From an uncultured Pseudomonadota bacterium (GTDB taxonomy: Bacteria; Myxococcota_A; Polyangia; Fen-1088): DNA of 64,000 nt. The DNA lies in the NCBI GenBank assembly GCA_963847705.1, contig CAWKBC010000017.1, positions 32,001-96,000 of the forward strand, written 5' to 3'. Made by a program: the position numbers and the translations under genes. Of the stretch, positions 42,603-55,294 are shown in pieces. The first letter of the stretch is position 1; each line of letters opens with the position of its first letter. Under the pieces are notes generated by a model. The model had not been told where the DNA came from. It worked only from the letters and a program-made list of their open reading frames with translations, and did not search any database.

Positions 42603-42702
42603 CAGCCGGGGCAGTTCGCCCGGGCCCCGCTCGACGGCCCGGCCCATGGTTCAATCGGTCGGCGCCCTCATGTCGTTGGAGCGGCGCCCGTCGGTGTCGG
42701 AC

Positions 42703-42775
42703 GCCTTCGCCGACGCCTTCGCCCTCGTGTGATCAGGCGGCAGGGGCCTTCGCCGACGCCTTCGCCTTCGTGTGA

Positions 42776-42793
<18 letters not shown>
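42703..42793. repeat. 43-bp tandem duplication spanning the hppA stop codon
   Basis: GCCTTCGCCGACGCCTTCGCCYTCGTGTGATCAGGCGGCAGGG at 42703 and 42746, one mismatch. Confidence 0.9.
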
Positions 42794-45238
<2,445 letters not shown>

Positions 45239-45433
45239 CGCGCGGGCTGTTTAAACCATCCCCCCCGCGAAGTCCAGAGCGCCAAAGGATGGTTTCCGGA
45301 GGTCCTCGACGTCACCTACGGAGTGGGCCGCGCGCCGCCGGGACGTCCCCGGTCGGCCGGGTGCCCGTCCTCACAGGTCCGCTCAGATCCGCGCACGCAG
45401 AACCGAAGATGGGCGCGCGTCTCGACCGCCCCA

Positions 45434-45637
45434 GGATCGAAGGCCGGCTTCGCCCGCCGGACACCTGAGTGGATCGAAGGCCGGCTTCGCCCGCCGGAGA
45501 CCTGAGTGGATCGAAGGCGGGCTTTGCCCGCCGGAGACTTACAGGCCGAGCAAGATCCGGGTACGACTCTCGTCGCGATCCGACGGGGAGGGCCCGCGGG
45601 AGGGGCGAAGCCCCTTCCGCGAGCGAGCGAAGCGAGC
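45434..45637. repeat. Three 37-bp hairpin repeats plus a GGGGCGAAGCCCC / GCGAGCGAAGCGAGC palindromic module
   Basis: GGATCGAAGGCSGGCTTYGCCCGCCGGA at 45434, 45471, 45508; CGCGGGAGGGGC-GAA-GCCCCTTCCGCG at 45595-45621. Confidence 0.9.
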
Positions 45638-45638
45638 G

Positions 45639-46196
45639 TCAGTCGCCCTTGGCTTTGAGGACCAGCAGCCGGTAGTTGGCGTAGCCGGCCTGGCCGCACG
45701 AATAGATGATCTCCGTGAGCAGCCGGTACGGCGTGGTCTGGTCGGCGACGATCATGAGCTGCGCCTCGAACTTCTGGCCGGTCAGCTCGGCGACCCGCTT
45801 CTCGCGCTTGGCGTGCTTCTCGAGCAGATCGACGAGCGGCGTGATGTAGTAGCCGTTCTCGCCGTCGCGCTTCATCGCCGGATCGATGCGCCCCTGGTTG
45901 ATCGGGGCGACACCGTCGCCTTCGACCAGGAGCACCTTCTTGGTGACCGTCACCGTGACCGCCAGCTTGGGCTTGAGCTGGGTGATCGACTTGGGGATCT
46001 GCAGGTTCTGGTCGAAGTTGATGGTCGACGTCGACGAGGAGAACGACTTCAACAAGAACACCAGGATGATGGTCATCATGTCCATCATCGGAGTGATGTT
46101 GAGGTCTTTGATGACCTCCGGCTCGGAGAGCTTGCGGGCGTAGGACCGGATGGCCTTCTTCCCCTCCAGCCGGGAGATCTCGTTGGGCATCGGCAT
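45639..46196 (-). CDS. ExbD/TolR family protein (AglS-like)
   Basis: LNITPMMDMMTIILVFLL; IVADQTTPY. Confidence 0.9.
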   Translation of the reverse strand: MPMPNEISRLEGKKAIRSYARKLSEPEVIKDLNITPMMDMMTIILVFLLKSFSSSTSTINFDQNLQIPKSITQLKPKLAVTVTVTKKVLLVEGDGVAPINQGRIDPAMKRDGENGYYITPLVDLLEKHAKREKRVAELTGQKFEAQLMIVADQTTPYRLLTEIIYSCGQAGYANYRLLVLKAKGD

Positions 46197-46729
46197 TAGA
46201 GGATCCCCGCGGCAAAGGAGACGTCAGGGAACAGGATCTTGAGGCCGGTTTCGTCCGTTCTCATGGCATCGAGCGTGGCGATGACGACGTCGTACGGCGT
46301 GCTGGCGTCGGCATTGAAGTTGGCCTTGGTCTCGTCCGCGTTGTCCGGATTCGACTTGATCTCTTTCAGTTTGGTCGTCAGCCCGGCGTAATCGTACTGG
46401 CCGTTGGGCAGCTTCGGGATGATGGGCAACACACCGCCCGAAGCCGCCACGGTGAAGCCGGTGGCGCCGACGGAGACCGTCAGATTGAGCGGCGGCTTCT
46501 CGGGAGGCGGCTGGTCGGCAGACGAGCCGCTGCCGGAGGAGATGGTCGGAACGGTGACGTTGATGTTCCCGAGCGCGACCTGATTCACGACCGAAGCGAG
46601 CAAGAAGATGATGATGTTGGTGACGATGTCCATGTAAGGGACGAGGTTGAGCTCTCCTGCCTCTTCCTCGATCTCCTCGACATGGTCACGCATCCGGCGG
46701 CATGCCGCCCGGACCTGGCTTCTGGTCAT
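46196..46729 (-). CDS. ExbD/TolR family protein (AglQ-like)
   Basis: ELNLVPYMDIVTNIIIFLL; ADASTPYDVVIATLDAMR. Confidence 0.9.
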   Translation of the reverse strand: MTRSQVRAACRRMRDHVEEIEEEAGELNLVPYMDIVTNIIIFLLASVVNQVALGNINVTVPTISSGSGSSADQPPPEKPPLNLTVSVGATGFTVAASGGVLPIIPKLPNGQYDYAGLTTKLKEIKSNPDNADETKANFNADASTPYDVVIATLDAMRTDETGLKILFPDVSFAAGIL

Positions 46730-46799
46730 GGAACGCTTGGCCCTTTCATCCGTGAGTCAGGTGAGACTTTGTCGATCCCCCTTGCCCCCTCGATTCGGA

Positions 46800-47438
46800 T
46801 TAGGCCTTCGCTCCGCCCTGGGCTGACTCGGCCAGCAGGTTCTCCAGCTTCAGCGCGAAGCCTTCCAGATCGCCGACCTGCTTCTTCGAGGCCGACGAGA
46901 GGATGGCGTGGGCGATGATGCAAGTGACCGCGATGCTGAGACCCATGGCGGTGTTGTTGAGCGCCTCGGAGATACCCTTGGCGAGCAGGGCCGACCGCTC
47001 TTCCGGCTTGGCGGCCGCGACGGCGCCGAACGCCCGGATGAGGCCGATAACCGTCCCGAGGAGGCCGACGAGGGTCGCGATGTTGGCGATCGACCAGAGG
47101 ATCTGGACGCGCTTCTTCAGCAGCGGCGTCACGTCGACCAGCGTCTCTTCGATCGCCTGGGCGATGGCGATCTCGCCGCGGTGAACGCGCTGGAGACCGG
47201 CGCGGGCCACCTGGGCCACCGGGGCCTCGGTCGCCGAGCAGAGCTTGACCGCGCGGTCGATGTTGTTGGCCAGAACCAGCTTCCGAATCTGCTCGAGGAA
47301 CGCCTTGGCGTTCACGGACCCCTTGCCGAGGAAGAAGATGGTTCGATCAACGATGAACGCCAAGGTGATGATAGACACCACCAGGTTGACGTACATCAGC
47401 GTGCCACCTTGCTCTAAGAACTGGGCGAGTCCTTGCAT
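46800..47438 (-). CDS. MotA/TolQ/ExbB proton channel protein (AglR-like)
   Basis: GAGGAG RBS; ATLVGLLGTVIGLI...GISEALNNTAMGL. Confidence 0.92.
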   Translation of the reverse strand: MQGLAQFLEQGGTLMYVNLVVSIITLAFIVDRTIFFLGKGSVNAKAFLEQIRKLVLANNIDRAVKLCSATEAPVAQVARAGLQRVHRGEIAIAQAIEETLVDVTPLLKKRVQILWSIANIATLVGLLGTVIGLIRAFGAVAAAKPEERSALLAKGISEALNNTAMGLSIAVTCIIAHAILSSASKKQVGDLEGFALKLENLLAESAQGGAKA

Positions 47439-47571
47439 CTCGTGTCTCCTCGCGCGCGCGCATTGGATGCGCGGCATTCGACTCTCGGGTCTGGTTGGGG
47501 GAAGCGGTTTTGTGAAGAATGAGGCCCTGTGAGGGGCTTTGCTGCTGGGAGCGTAAAGTAACGCGGTCGCT

Positions 47572-47599
47572 ATCTTATCGGTATGTCCTGGGGTGTCAA
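47572..47599 (-). promoter_or_regulatory. Sigma70-type promoter of the tolQ/tolR/tolR operon
   Basis: Minus strand TTGACA-N16-TAAGAT. Confidence 0.7.
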
Positions 47600-47680
47600 G
47601 CTCGTGACCGCGGCTGCAACGTGGATGATTACGTCGGAAACTTCAGGAAACTTTACCCCTCACGTCACGCTCTCTTTTCT

Positions 47681-47749
47681 TTGAATGGTCTTTGAACGAT
47701 TCCTGGAGCGATTCCTTGAGCGATTCGTGGATCGACACGGAGCCATTCA
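47681..47749. repeat. Imperfect 12-bp direct repeats
   Basis: TTGAACGATTCC TGGAGCGATTCC TTGAGCGATTCG (47692-47727) with degenerate flanking copies. Confidence 0.75.
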
Positions 47750-47840
47750 TGCGCCCCGACAACGCTCAGCTCGGAGGCACTGGCGATTCGGAGTCGGTCC
47801 ACCGGCCGCTTCTCGTGCCGTGGGGGAGCGCCGTCGATGG

Positions 47841-49436
47841 TCACGGCCCGGGGTGGGCCTGGCCATTCGCGGGGTGACTGTCCGCCGCGCCGGCCGTGAC
47901 CGGCTCGCCGTCGAGATCGCGGAGCTCCACCGGCGCCAGCTTGGCCAGCGGCCCCTCGATCGACTTGCGGTCGCCGACCACGATGATGGCCAGATGCGAC
48001 GGGTCGAGGTACTTGCGCGCGACGCGCCGGACGTCGTCCTTGGTGACGGCGGCGATCTTGCGGGTGTATTCGGCGAGGTAGCTGTCCGGAAAACCGTAAA
48101 CCGACAGCTCGGCGAGCTGGGCGGCGACGGCGGCCCGGGTGGCGAAGCGGGAGGGGAACGACTTGATGATCTGGTCCTTGGCGCGTGCGAGCTCGGCGTC
48201 GGTGACGTCGCCGTCGCGGATGGCGTTCAGCTCCTTCAAGATCTCGGCGACCGAGTCGGCGCTGTGGGGGGCGACGAACTCGCCGCCGGCCGAGAACGGT
48301 CCAGGCGTCTTGCGGCTGTCGAAGCTGGAACGGGCGCCGTAGGTCCAGCCTTTCCCCTCGCGGAGGTTGAGATCCAGGCGGTAAAAGCCGCCGCCCAGGA
48401 TCAGATTCATCACGGTGACCGGAAAGTAGTCCGGGCTCTGGCGGTCGATGCCGACCAGCCCCACCCGGATCGAGGACTGCGGCGCCCCGGCCTTGTCGAT
48501 GAGGAAGATCTTGGTCTCGGGCGCGGCGCCCCCCGGCGCCGGCAGCCGACGCGCCGCCACGTGCTTGCTGCGCCAGCCCTTGAACGCCGCCTCCAGCTTC
48601 CCCCGCAGCGCCGCCTCGGTGGTGTCGCCGGCGACGATCAACGCCGCGTTGTTGGGGTGATAGTAGGCGTCGTAGAAGGCGCGCAGGTCGGCGGGGGTCA
48701 GCTTCTTGATGGATGCCTCCGTGCCGCTCATCGGCCACCCGTAGGGGTGCTTGGCGCCGTAGAGGAGATGACTGAGCGCCAGCCCGGCGACCGTCGGCGG
48801 GCTGTCCTTGCGGCGGGTGATGGCGGTGAGGAGGTTGTCGCGGACGCGCGTGAACTCCTTTTCGTCGAAAGCCGGGTGCTGGACGACGTCGGAGAAAATA
48901 TCCAGCGCCGGGTCCAGGTTGCGGCTCAGCGTCGAGAGGCTGACGCTGGAGGCGTCCCAGGTGCCGCCGGTCGACAGCGTGGCGCCGAGCGCGGCGATCT
49001 GGTCGGCGATCTCAATCGCGCCGCGGGTCTTGGTCCCCTCGTCCAGCATGCGCGCCGTCAGGTCGGCCAGGCCGGCCTTGTCGGCCGGGTTGGCCGCGCT
49101 CCCGGTCTTCACCATCAGGTTGAAGTCGATGAGCGGAAGGTCGTGAAATTCGACGAGGAAAACGTCGAGGCCGTTCTTCAACTTGAACCGCTTCCAGTGC
49201 GGCGGGGTGAAGGTCGGCTCGGTCCCGGCCCCGGGCGCCTGCTGGCGGAAGGGGGCGTCGGGGGTCTGCCGCGCGGGAACGGGGGGGAGCGGCGCGGGCG
49301 CGGCCGAGACCACGACGGTCGGGGAAACGGGGGGAACACCGGAGACCGCGGGCTTTGGCGAGGCCGGCGTGGCACAGGCGGCGCCCAACCCGGCCAGCAT
49401 CGCCGCCGTCAGCAATCGCGTGCGAGAGGTGGTCAT
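47841..49436 (-). CDS. M16B peptidase partner subunit (no HxxEH), lipoprotein
   Basis: GAAC lipobox, LKNGL, GLADLTARMLDEGT, RLDLNLREGKGWTYG (R/Y substrate motif). Confidence 0.88.
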   Translation of the reverse strand: MTTSRTRLLTAAMLAGLGAACATPASPKPAVSGVPPVSPTVVVSAAPAPLPPVPARQTPDAPFRQQAPGAGTEPTFTPPHWKRFKLKNGLDVFLVEFHDLPLIDFNLMVKTGSAANPADKAGLADLTARMLDEGTKTRGAIEIADQIAALGATLSTGGTWDASSVSLSTLSRNLDPALDIFSDVVQHPAFDEKEFTRVRDNLLTAITRRKDSPPTVAGLALSHLLYGAKHPYGWPMSGTEASIKKLTPADLRAFYDAYYHPNNAALIVAGDTTEAALRGKLEAAFKGWRSKHVAARRLPAPGGAAPETKIFLIDKAGAPQSSIRVGLVGIDRQSPDYFPVTVMNLILGGGFYRLDLNLREGKGWTYGARSSFDSRKTPGPFSAGGEFVAPHSADSVAEILKELNAIRDGDVTDAELARAKDQIIKSFPSRFATRAAVAAQLAELSVYGFPDSYLAEYTRKIAAVTKDDVRRVARKYLDPSHLAIIVVGDRKSIEGPLAKLAPVELRDLDGEPVTAGAADSHPANGQAHPGP

Positions 49437-50801
49437 TTCTTCACCCGCCCCATGATCGGCGCGTCGGGATTGGGATCGATCGTCACCACCACCCGTCCGT
49501 CTTTGTTGAGGACCTCCTGGGCAGCCCGCTGGACCGCGGCGGCGTCGACCGCCCGGTAGCGGCGGAGGTCCTCGGTCAGATACCCCGGGTCGTTGAGGAG
49601 ATAGTTGTAGGACTGCAGCCGCTCGGCGCGGGCCAGCAGCGGCTCGAGGCTGCGCACCGCCTCCGATTCGATCTGGTTCTTGGCCCGGTTGAGCTCGGCG
49701 TCGTCGACCGGCTTGGCCTTGAGCGCGGCGATCTCCTGGTCGATGACAGCCAGGATCTCGTCCAGCGTGTGCCCCGGCATCGGCGAGGCGGTGATCTCGA
49801 AGGTGCTGGACAGGAGCTGGCTCTGCTGGGACGCGGTCACCGACTGGGCGATCTTGAGGTCATAGACGAGGCGCTTGTAGAGGCGCGACGACTTGCCGTT
49901 GCCGAGGATGTTGGCCAGAACGTCGAGCTCCCGGTCGCCGGGGGCGAAGTTGGCGGGCGAGGGGTAGTCGACGTAGAGCTGCGGCTGCTGGATCTTGGCC
50001 TCCATGGCGATCCGCTGGGGCGCCGACAGGCGGACCTCGCCCCCCGCCCGGCGCACGACCGGCGGGCCGGCCGGGATTGCCCCGAAGTAGCGCTCGACCA
50101 GCTCCTTGGCCCTGGCGCGATCGAAGTCGCCCGCGATGGTCAAGGTGGCGTTCCCGGGCGCGTAGTAGGAGCGGAAGAAGCCCTGAACGTCGCCGACCGA
50201 GGCGGCGGAGAGATCCTCCATCGAGCCGATCACCTCGTGGTGGTAGGGGTGGTCGGGGGGGTAGAGCGCCTCGGCCAGGACGTGCGAGATGAGGCCGGCC
50301 GGCCGGTTCTCGTAGCGCTGGCGCTTCTCGTTCTTGACCACGTCGCGCTGGTTGTCGAGCGTCTCCTTGAACGATGGCCGCTCGAGCAGGAAGCCCATCC
50401 GGTCGCTCTCCAGCCAGAGCGCCAGCTCGAGCTGATTGGCCGGGACGACCTCGAAGTAGTTGGTGCGGTCGGCGGCGGTCGACCCGTTCACGTTGGAGGC
50501 CCCGGCCTTCTGGAGAAACTCGAAGTACTTGTCCTCGGGGATGTGCTTGGTCCCCTGGAACATGATGTGCTCGAACAGGTGCGCGAAGCCGGTGTGGCCG
50601 GGCGCCTCGTCGCGCGAGCCGACCTTGTACCAGACGTCGACCGCCACCTCCGGCATCCGGTGGTCCTCGTGAAGGATCACCTCCAGGCCATTCGGAAGGG
50701 TGTACTTTTCGAAGGAGATCTCGTGGCAAATCCGCCGACGGTGACGGCGGAGCCGTCGTGCCGGCCAGGACCGCCAAAGCCGCCGCGGCTCGTGCGTGCA
50801 T
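49433..50801 (-). CDS. M16B zinc peptidase catalytic subunit; one-base indel at about 50723
   Basis: GFAHLFEH (HxxEH), NGST..DRTNY, VVKNEKR. Leader MHARAAAALAVLAG from ATG 50801 joins ISFEKYTLPNGL after one frameshift. Confidence 0.88.
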
Positions 50802-50864
50802 GCGCGAAGTCTTACCACGCTATCGGCGGAGGGAATTATCTGGGAGAATTCGAATCCGCTTCTG

Positions 50865-51494
50865 ATGTCGACCCCCCCCCACACTCCGCCCGAACCGAAT
50901 GCCCCCGCCGTCGTGACCGACGAGGACCTCGTCGCGCGCGCGCGAACCAAGGACTTCGCGGCCTTCGAGGAACTGGTCGATCGTTACGAGGACAAGATCT
51001 TTCGCCTGGCCTTCCGTTTCGTCCGCAACGAGACGGAGGCCAAGGAGATCGTGCAGGACACCTTCCTCTTGGTGTGGCGGAAGCTCGACACGTTCAAGGG
51101 GGATTCCCAGTTCGGCAGTTGGCTCTACCGGGTCGCCACCAACACGGCGCTCATGCGGCTGCGGGCGCAGCGGCGGCACCCCGAGATCTCGACCGAAGAG
51201 CTTCCGGTCGACTACCTCGACAACTATGGTCAGATCCCCTCCGCCGGGGAGAACTGGGCCAAGCGCCCCGATGACGAGCTGCAGTCGGATGAGCTGCGGC
51301 GCCGAATTCAAAAGGCGGTCGACGAGCTGCCCGAGATTTACCGGACGGTGTTCCTCATCCGCGACGTCGAGGGGCTCTCGACCGAGGAGACGGCCGAGGT
51401 GCTCGAGATCTCCATCCCGACCGTGAAGACCCGGCTGCACCGGGCGCGTCTGGCCCTGCGTGACGCGATCACGCGCTACTTCGATCAGAAGTAA
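50865..51494 (+). CDS. ECF (sigma70 group 4) RNA polymerase sigma factor
   Basis: AFEELVDRY, EIVQDTF, FGSWLYRVATN, RDVEGLSTEETAEVL...TVKTRLHRAR. Confidence 0.93.
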   Translation: MSTPPHTPPEPNAPAVVTDEDLVARARTKDFAAFEELVDRYEDKIFRLAFRFVRNETEAKEIVQDTFLLVWRKLDTFKGDSQFGSWLYRVATNTALMRLRAQRRHPEISTEELPVDYLDNYGQIPSAGENWAKRPDDELQSDELRRRIQKAVDELPEIYRTVFLIRDVEGLSTEETAEVLEISIPTVKTRLHRARLALRDAITRYFDQK

Positions 51495-51529
51495 AAGTCT
51501 CGATTTTCCGGCTATAATCGCGCCGGCCC

Positions 51530-54500
51530 ATGGTGAAGATTCGGGCAGCGGCGGCGCTGGTGGTTTGCGTCGTCGTGGCCAGCGCAGCTCGCGCCGGGGC
51601 CCAATCGGCGACGGCGACCGCCTACGACGAGGTGCTGGCGCGGGCGGGCGCGCGGCTGGCCGCGGAGGCCAGCAAGCCGCAGGCGATCTCCGCGCTGGCG
51701 GAGCTGGCGGCGCTCGATGAGGCGGTCTCGCCGGCGGCGCTGGAGGCCGCGGTCCGCGGGGGGCTGGTCGCCGGGGCGCATCCGCTGGTCGCCGCGCAGG
51801 CGGCCTTTCTCCTGGCGCACCTCTGCGACGAGCGCGGCGCCAGCGAGGAAGCGACCTCGCTGCGCAGCGGCCTCGGCTTTCTCGCGCACCCGTACGTGAT
51901 CGGCCCGTTCGGCGAGGGGCGCGCCAGCTTCCGGACGGTGTTCCCGCCGGAGGCCGAACACGCGCCGCCCGAGCTCGCCCGCACCTATCCTGGAAAGACC
52001 CACGACGTCGCCTGGCGCGCGGGGGACGCCGCCGTGCGCGAGGGGGCGCTGTATCTCGACGGCCTGCTCCGCCCGGACGATCAAGCGGTCGCTTACGTGG
52101 CGGCGTTCGTTCACAGCGATCGCCAGCGCGCGGCGGCGCTCCGGATCGGCTCCCCGGGTCCGGTCAAGATCTGGGTCAACGGCGCCCTGGTGTTCGCCGA
52201 GGACGTGGTCCGGCCGGCCGGGCTCGATCAGGACGCCGCCCCCGTGCAGCTCGGACGCGGTTGGAACCGAATTCTGATCAAGACGGTGGTGGTGGACGGC
52301 GCCTGGCGGCTCTACGCGCGGCTGACCGCTCCGTCGGGAGCGCCGCTGCACCTCGGCGGTCCGGCGGAGGTCCCGCCGCCGGACGCCAGGTGGGTGACGG
52401 CGACGGTGACCGCGACGACAGCCGCGCAGGTGCGTTCTGCCGGGAAGGCGGCGGTCGCTTCGCTCGACGCGCTGCTCGAGCAGCGGGCCAGGGGGGCGAC
52501 GGGCGAGGCGGCCGCCGGGGCGTGGCTCGACCTGGCGCGCGCCCTCGCCTGGATCGCCCCGCGCGATCGCGACGCGCACGCCGCCGCGGACGCCGTCCAA
52601 CGCTCGCTGACCGCGGGCCCCACGCTGGGCGCCTATCTGGTGGCGGCCGAGGTCGCCGACACCGACGACGAGCGCCGCCGCGATCTCGAGCGGGCCGGTG
52701 AGCTGCCGATCTCGTCGCCCTGGCGCGCGCTGCTGCTGGCACGCCTGGGGGAGCTGGCGCGGACCGAGCGGCGCGAGGCGCGCGCGACCGAGTCCTTCCG
52801 CAGCGCGCTGGTCCTCGACGCCGGCTGCTGGCCGGCGGCGCTGGCGCTGGCCGACCAGGAGTCGGAGGCGGCGCTGCCGCTGGCGGCGCTGGCGCGGGTC
52901 GAAGCGTTGCCGCCCGCGGTGCAGGCGCTGCCGCGCGTCCGCCGGGCGGCGGCTCGGCTCTATGAAGCCGCCGGGCGTCGAAACGCGAGCGATCGGCTGC
53001 TGGCGTCCCTGTCGGACGAGCGGCGGATCGAGGTCGATCTGCTGCACCAGCTCGCCACGCGGGCGCGGGCCCGGGGCGACGGCGCGGAGGCCCGCCTGCG
53101 TCTGGCCGCCGCCGCAGCGCTGCGGCCCGATCTGCCGTCGCTGCAGATCGAGCTGGCGCGGCTGGACGAGGGGGCGGGGGAGGGGGCGCGGGCGCTGGCG
53201 GGGCTCACCGCGCTCGCGGGGCGGCTGCCCGACGATCCCTCGGCGCTGATCGCGCTGGGCAAGCTGCTTCACCGGCTCGGGCGGACCGACGAGGCGTTGC
53301 TCCGGCTGCGGGGCGCGCTGGCGCTGCGTCCCCAGGATCCCGAGCTCAAACGGTACGTCGATGGGCTGGTCGCCGGCGACCACGGCGATCCGGCGGCGGC
53401 CGACGAGCTGGCGCGTCGCTTCGCGGAAGAGGCGAGCAGCCTGGTGCCGCTCCACCCGCCCACGCTGGCGGCGACCGGTGACACCGCGGTGGTGCTGCTC
53501 GACCGGCGGGTCGTGCGCGTGCACAAGAACGGCCTCTCCCGGACCTTCGCGCAGAGGGTGGTCGAGGTGCTCACCGAGCGCGGCGCCGAGGACAACAAGG
53601 AGTTCGAGGTCCACTACACGCCGGGCAGCGAGGAGGTCGACATCCGCCAGGCCCGCATCTACCGGCGTGACGCGCGCGGCGGGCTGGAGGTGCTGGAGGC
53701 GACCGACCGCAGCGACGAAGATCTCTCCGAGCCCTGGTACGGCCTCTACTACGACAACCGCGCCGAGGTCGTCCGCTTCGAGGGGCTGCGCCCCGGTGAC
53801 GTGGTGGAGATCCAGTATCTGGTCGACGACGTCAGCAACGAGAACCAGATGTCCGACTACTTCGGCGATCTGCAGTACGTCGCCGAGACGATCCCCAAGC
53901 GGCGCTGGGACTACACGCTCATCGCGCCGCAAAGCCGGCCGATCCACGCCAATGTCCCGCGCGTCGCCCGGCTCGAACAGAAGACCACGGTCGACGGCGA
54001 CGATCGGGTCTATCACTTTGCCGCCACCGACATCCCCAAGGTCGACGCCGAGCCGGCCATGCCGGGGACGGCGGAGACGGCGCCTTACCTGCACGTCAGC
54101 ACCTACGCGACCTGGGCCGAGGTCGGGGCCTGGTACTGGCACCTGGTCGAAGATCAGCTCACCGCCGACGACGACGTCCGCCAGACGGCGCGCGGCCTGG
54201 TGACACCGTCGATGAGCGACGAGGCGCGGGTGCGCGCGGTCTACAACTTCGTCGTCGAGAACACCCGCTACGTCGGGCTGGAGTTCGGCATCCACGGCTA
54301 CAAGCCCTACAAGGTGACCCAGGTGCTGGCGCGCCGCTTCGGTGACTGCAAGGACAAGGCCTCGCTGCTGCTGGCGCTCCTGCGGGAGGTCGGCATCGAC
54401 GCCGAGCTGGTCTTGGTGCGCACCCGCCGCGGGGGCCGGCTCGATCCGCAGCCGGCCTCGCTGGCCGTGTTCGATCACGCCATCGTCTACGTGCCGAAGC

Positions 54501-55294
54501 TCGATCGGTACCTCGATGGCACGGCGGAGTTCTCCGGCCTGTCCGAGCTGCCGACGGAGGACCAGGGGGTGATGGTGCTGCGGGTCGGGCCGCACGGGGG
54601 CCTCCTGACCGAGACGCCGGTGCTCCCTTCGGGCGCCAGCCGGGTCGAGCGGCGCTGGCAGGTCGCCGTCGATCTCTCGGGCGACGCGCACATCGACGAA
54701 TCGCTCTCGATCCGCGGCGCGGCGGCGGCCAACTGGCGCGAGCACTACCAGACGCCCGGCCAGCGGGCGGAGCGCTACGGGCGGGTGTGGGACGGCCGCT
54801 TCCCCGGCGCGCGGCTCGCCTCTGTCGAGATGCCGGCGATGGGCAACCGCGACGCCCCGGTGACGGTGCGCGCGGCGATCAACGTGCCGCGCTTCGGCCA
54901 GCTGTCGTCCCGAAAGTCGCTCGAGCTGCCGGTGAGCGGGCGCGATCCCGATTTCGTGCGGACCTACGCTCGCCTCTCGGCCCGGCGGCAGGACCTGGTG
55001 CTCGCCTATCCCTGGCAGCACGACGAGGAGGTGACCTATCACCTGCCGGCGGGCTGGCGGATCCTGGACGGCGGGCTCGGCGGCGAAGGCGGCCGCGAGG
55101 TCCAGAGCGCGTTCGGGCGATTCCACCTCGAGGTGAGCGCCGACGGCGACGTGGTGCGGGTGAAGTCGTTCCTGGACGTGGCGCGCGCGCGGATCGCGCC
55201 CGACGAGTACGCGCGCTTCCGCGCCTTCCTGGGGGAGATCGACGAGGCTCTCCAGACCAGGCTGGTGGTTGGCCCGGGCGAGGCGGGCTCGTGA
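51530..55294 (+). CDS. Exported TPR + DUF3857 + transglutaminase-like protein with intact triad
   Basis: Signal peptide; beta-sandwich YVIGPF...KIWVNG...GWNRILIK; TPRs; LRPGDVVEIQY; FGDCKDKA / FDHAIVY / YLDGT. Confidence 0.9.
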   Translation: MVKIRAAAALVVCVVVASAARAGAQSATATAYDEVLARAGARLAAEASKPQAISALAELAALDEAVSPAALEAAVRGGLVAGAHPLVAAQAAFLLAHLCDERGASEEATSLRSGLGFLAHPYVIGPFGEGRASFRTVFPPEAEHAPPELARTYPGKTHDVAWRAGDAAVREGALYLDGLLRPDDQAVAYVAAFVHSDRQRAAALRIGSPGPVKIWVNGALVFAEDVVRPAGLDQDAAPVQLGRGWNRILIKTVVVDGAWRLYARLTAPSGAPLHLGGPAEVPPPDARWVTATVTATTAAQVRSAGKAAVASLDALLEQRARGATGEAAAGAWLDLARALAWIAPRDRDAHAAADAVQRSLTAGPTLGAYLVAAEVADTDDERRRDLERAGELPISSPWRALLLARLGELARTERREARATESFRSALVLDAGCWPAALALADQESEAALPLAALARVEALPPAVQALPRVRRAAARLYEAAGRRNASDRLLASLSDERRIEVDLLHQLATRARARGDGAEARLRLAAAAALRPDLPSLQIELARLDEGAGEGARALAGLTALAGRLPDDPSALIALGKLLHRLGRTDEALLRLRGALALRPQDPELKRYVDGLVAGDHGDPAAADELARRFAEEASSLVPLHPPTLAATGDTAVVLLDRRVVRVHKNGLSRTFAQRVVEVLTERGAEDNKEFEVHYTPGSEEVDIRQARIYRRDARGGLEVLEATDRSDEDLSEPWYGLYYDNRAEVVRFEGLRPGDVVEIQYLVDDVSNENQMSDYFGDLQYVAETIPKRRWDYTLIAPQSRPIHANVPRVARLEQKTTVDGDDRVYHFAATDIPKVDAEPAMPGTAETAPYLHVSTYATWAEVGAWYWHLVEDQLTADDDVRQTARGLVTPSMSDEARVRAVYNFVVENTRYVGLEFGIHGYKPYKVTQVLARRFGDCKDKASLLLALLREVGIDAELVLVRTRRGGRLDPQPASLAVFDHAIVYVPKLDRYLDGTAEFSGLSELPTEDQGVMVLRVGPHGGLLTETPVLPSGASRVERRWQVAVDLSGDAHIDESLSIRGAAAANWREHYQTPGQRAERYGRVWDGRFPGARLASVEMPAMGNRDAPVTVRAAINVPRFGQLSSRKSLELPVSGRDPDFVRTYARLSARRQDLVLAYPWQHDEEVTYHLPAGWRILDGGLGGEGGREVQSAFGRFHLEVSADGDVVRVKSFLDVARARIAPDEYARFRAFLGEIDEALQTRLVVGPGEAGS

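Noticed and set aside
47439-47565. c-di-GMP-I riboswitch in the motor operon leader
   Set aside because: GCAAAGCC is present on the minus strand, but the upstream GGCAAAC/GAAA-tetraloop stem is missing.
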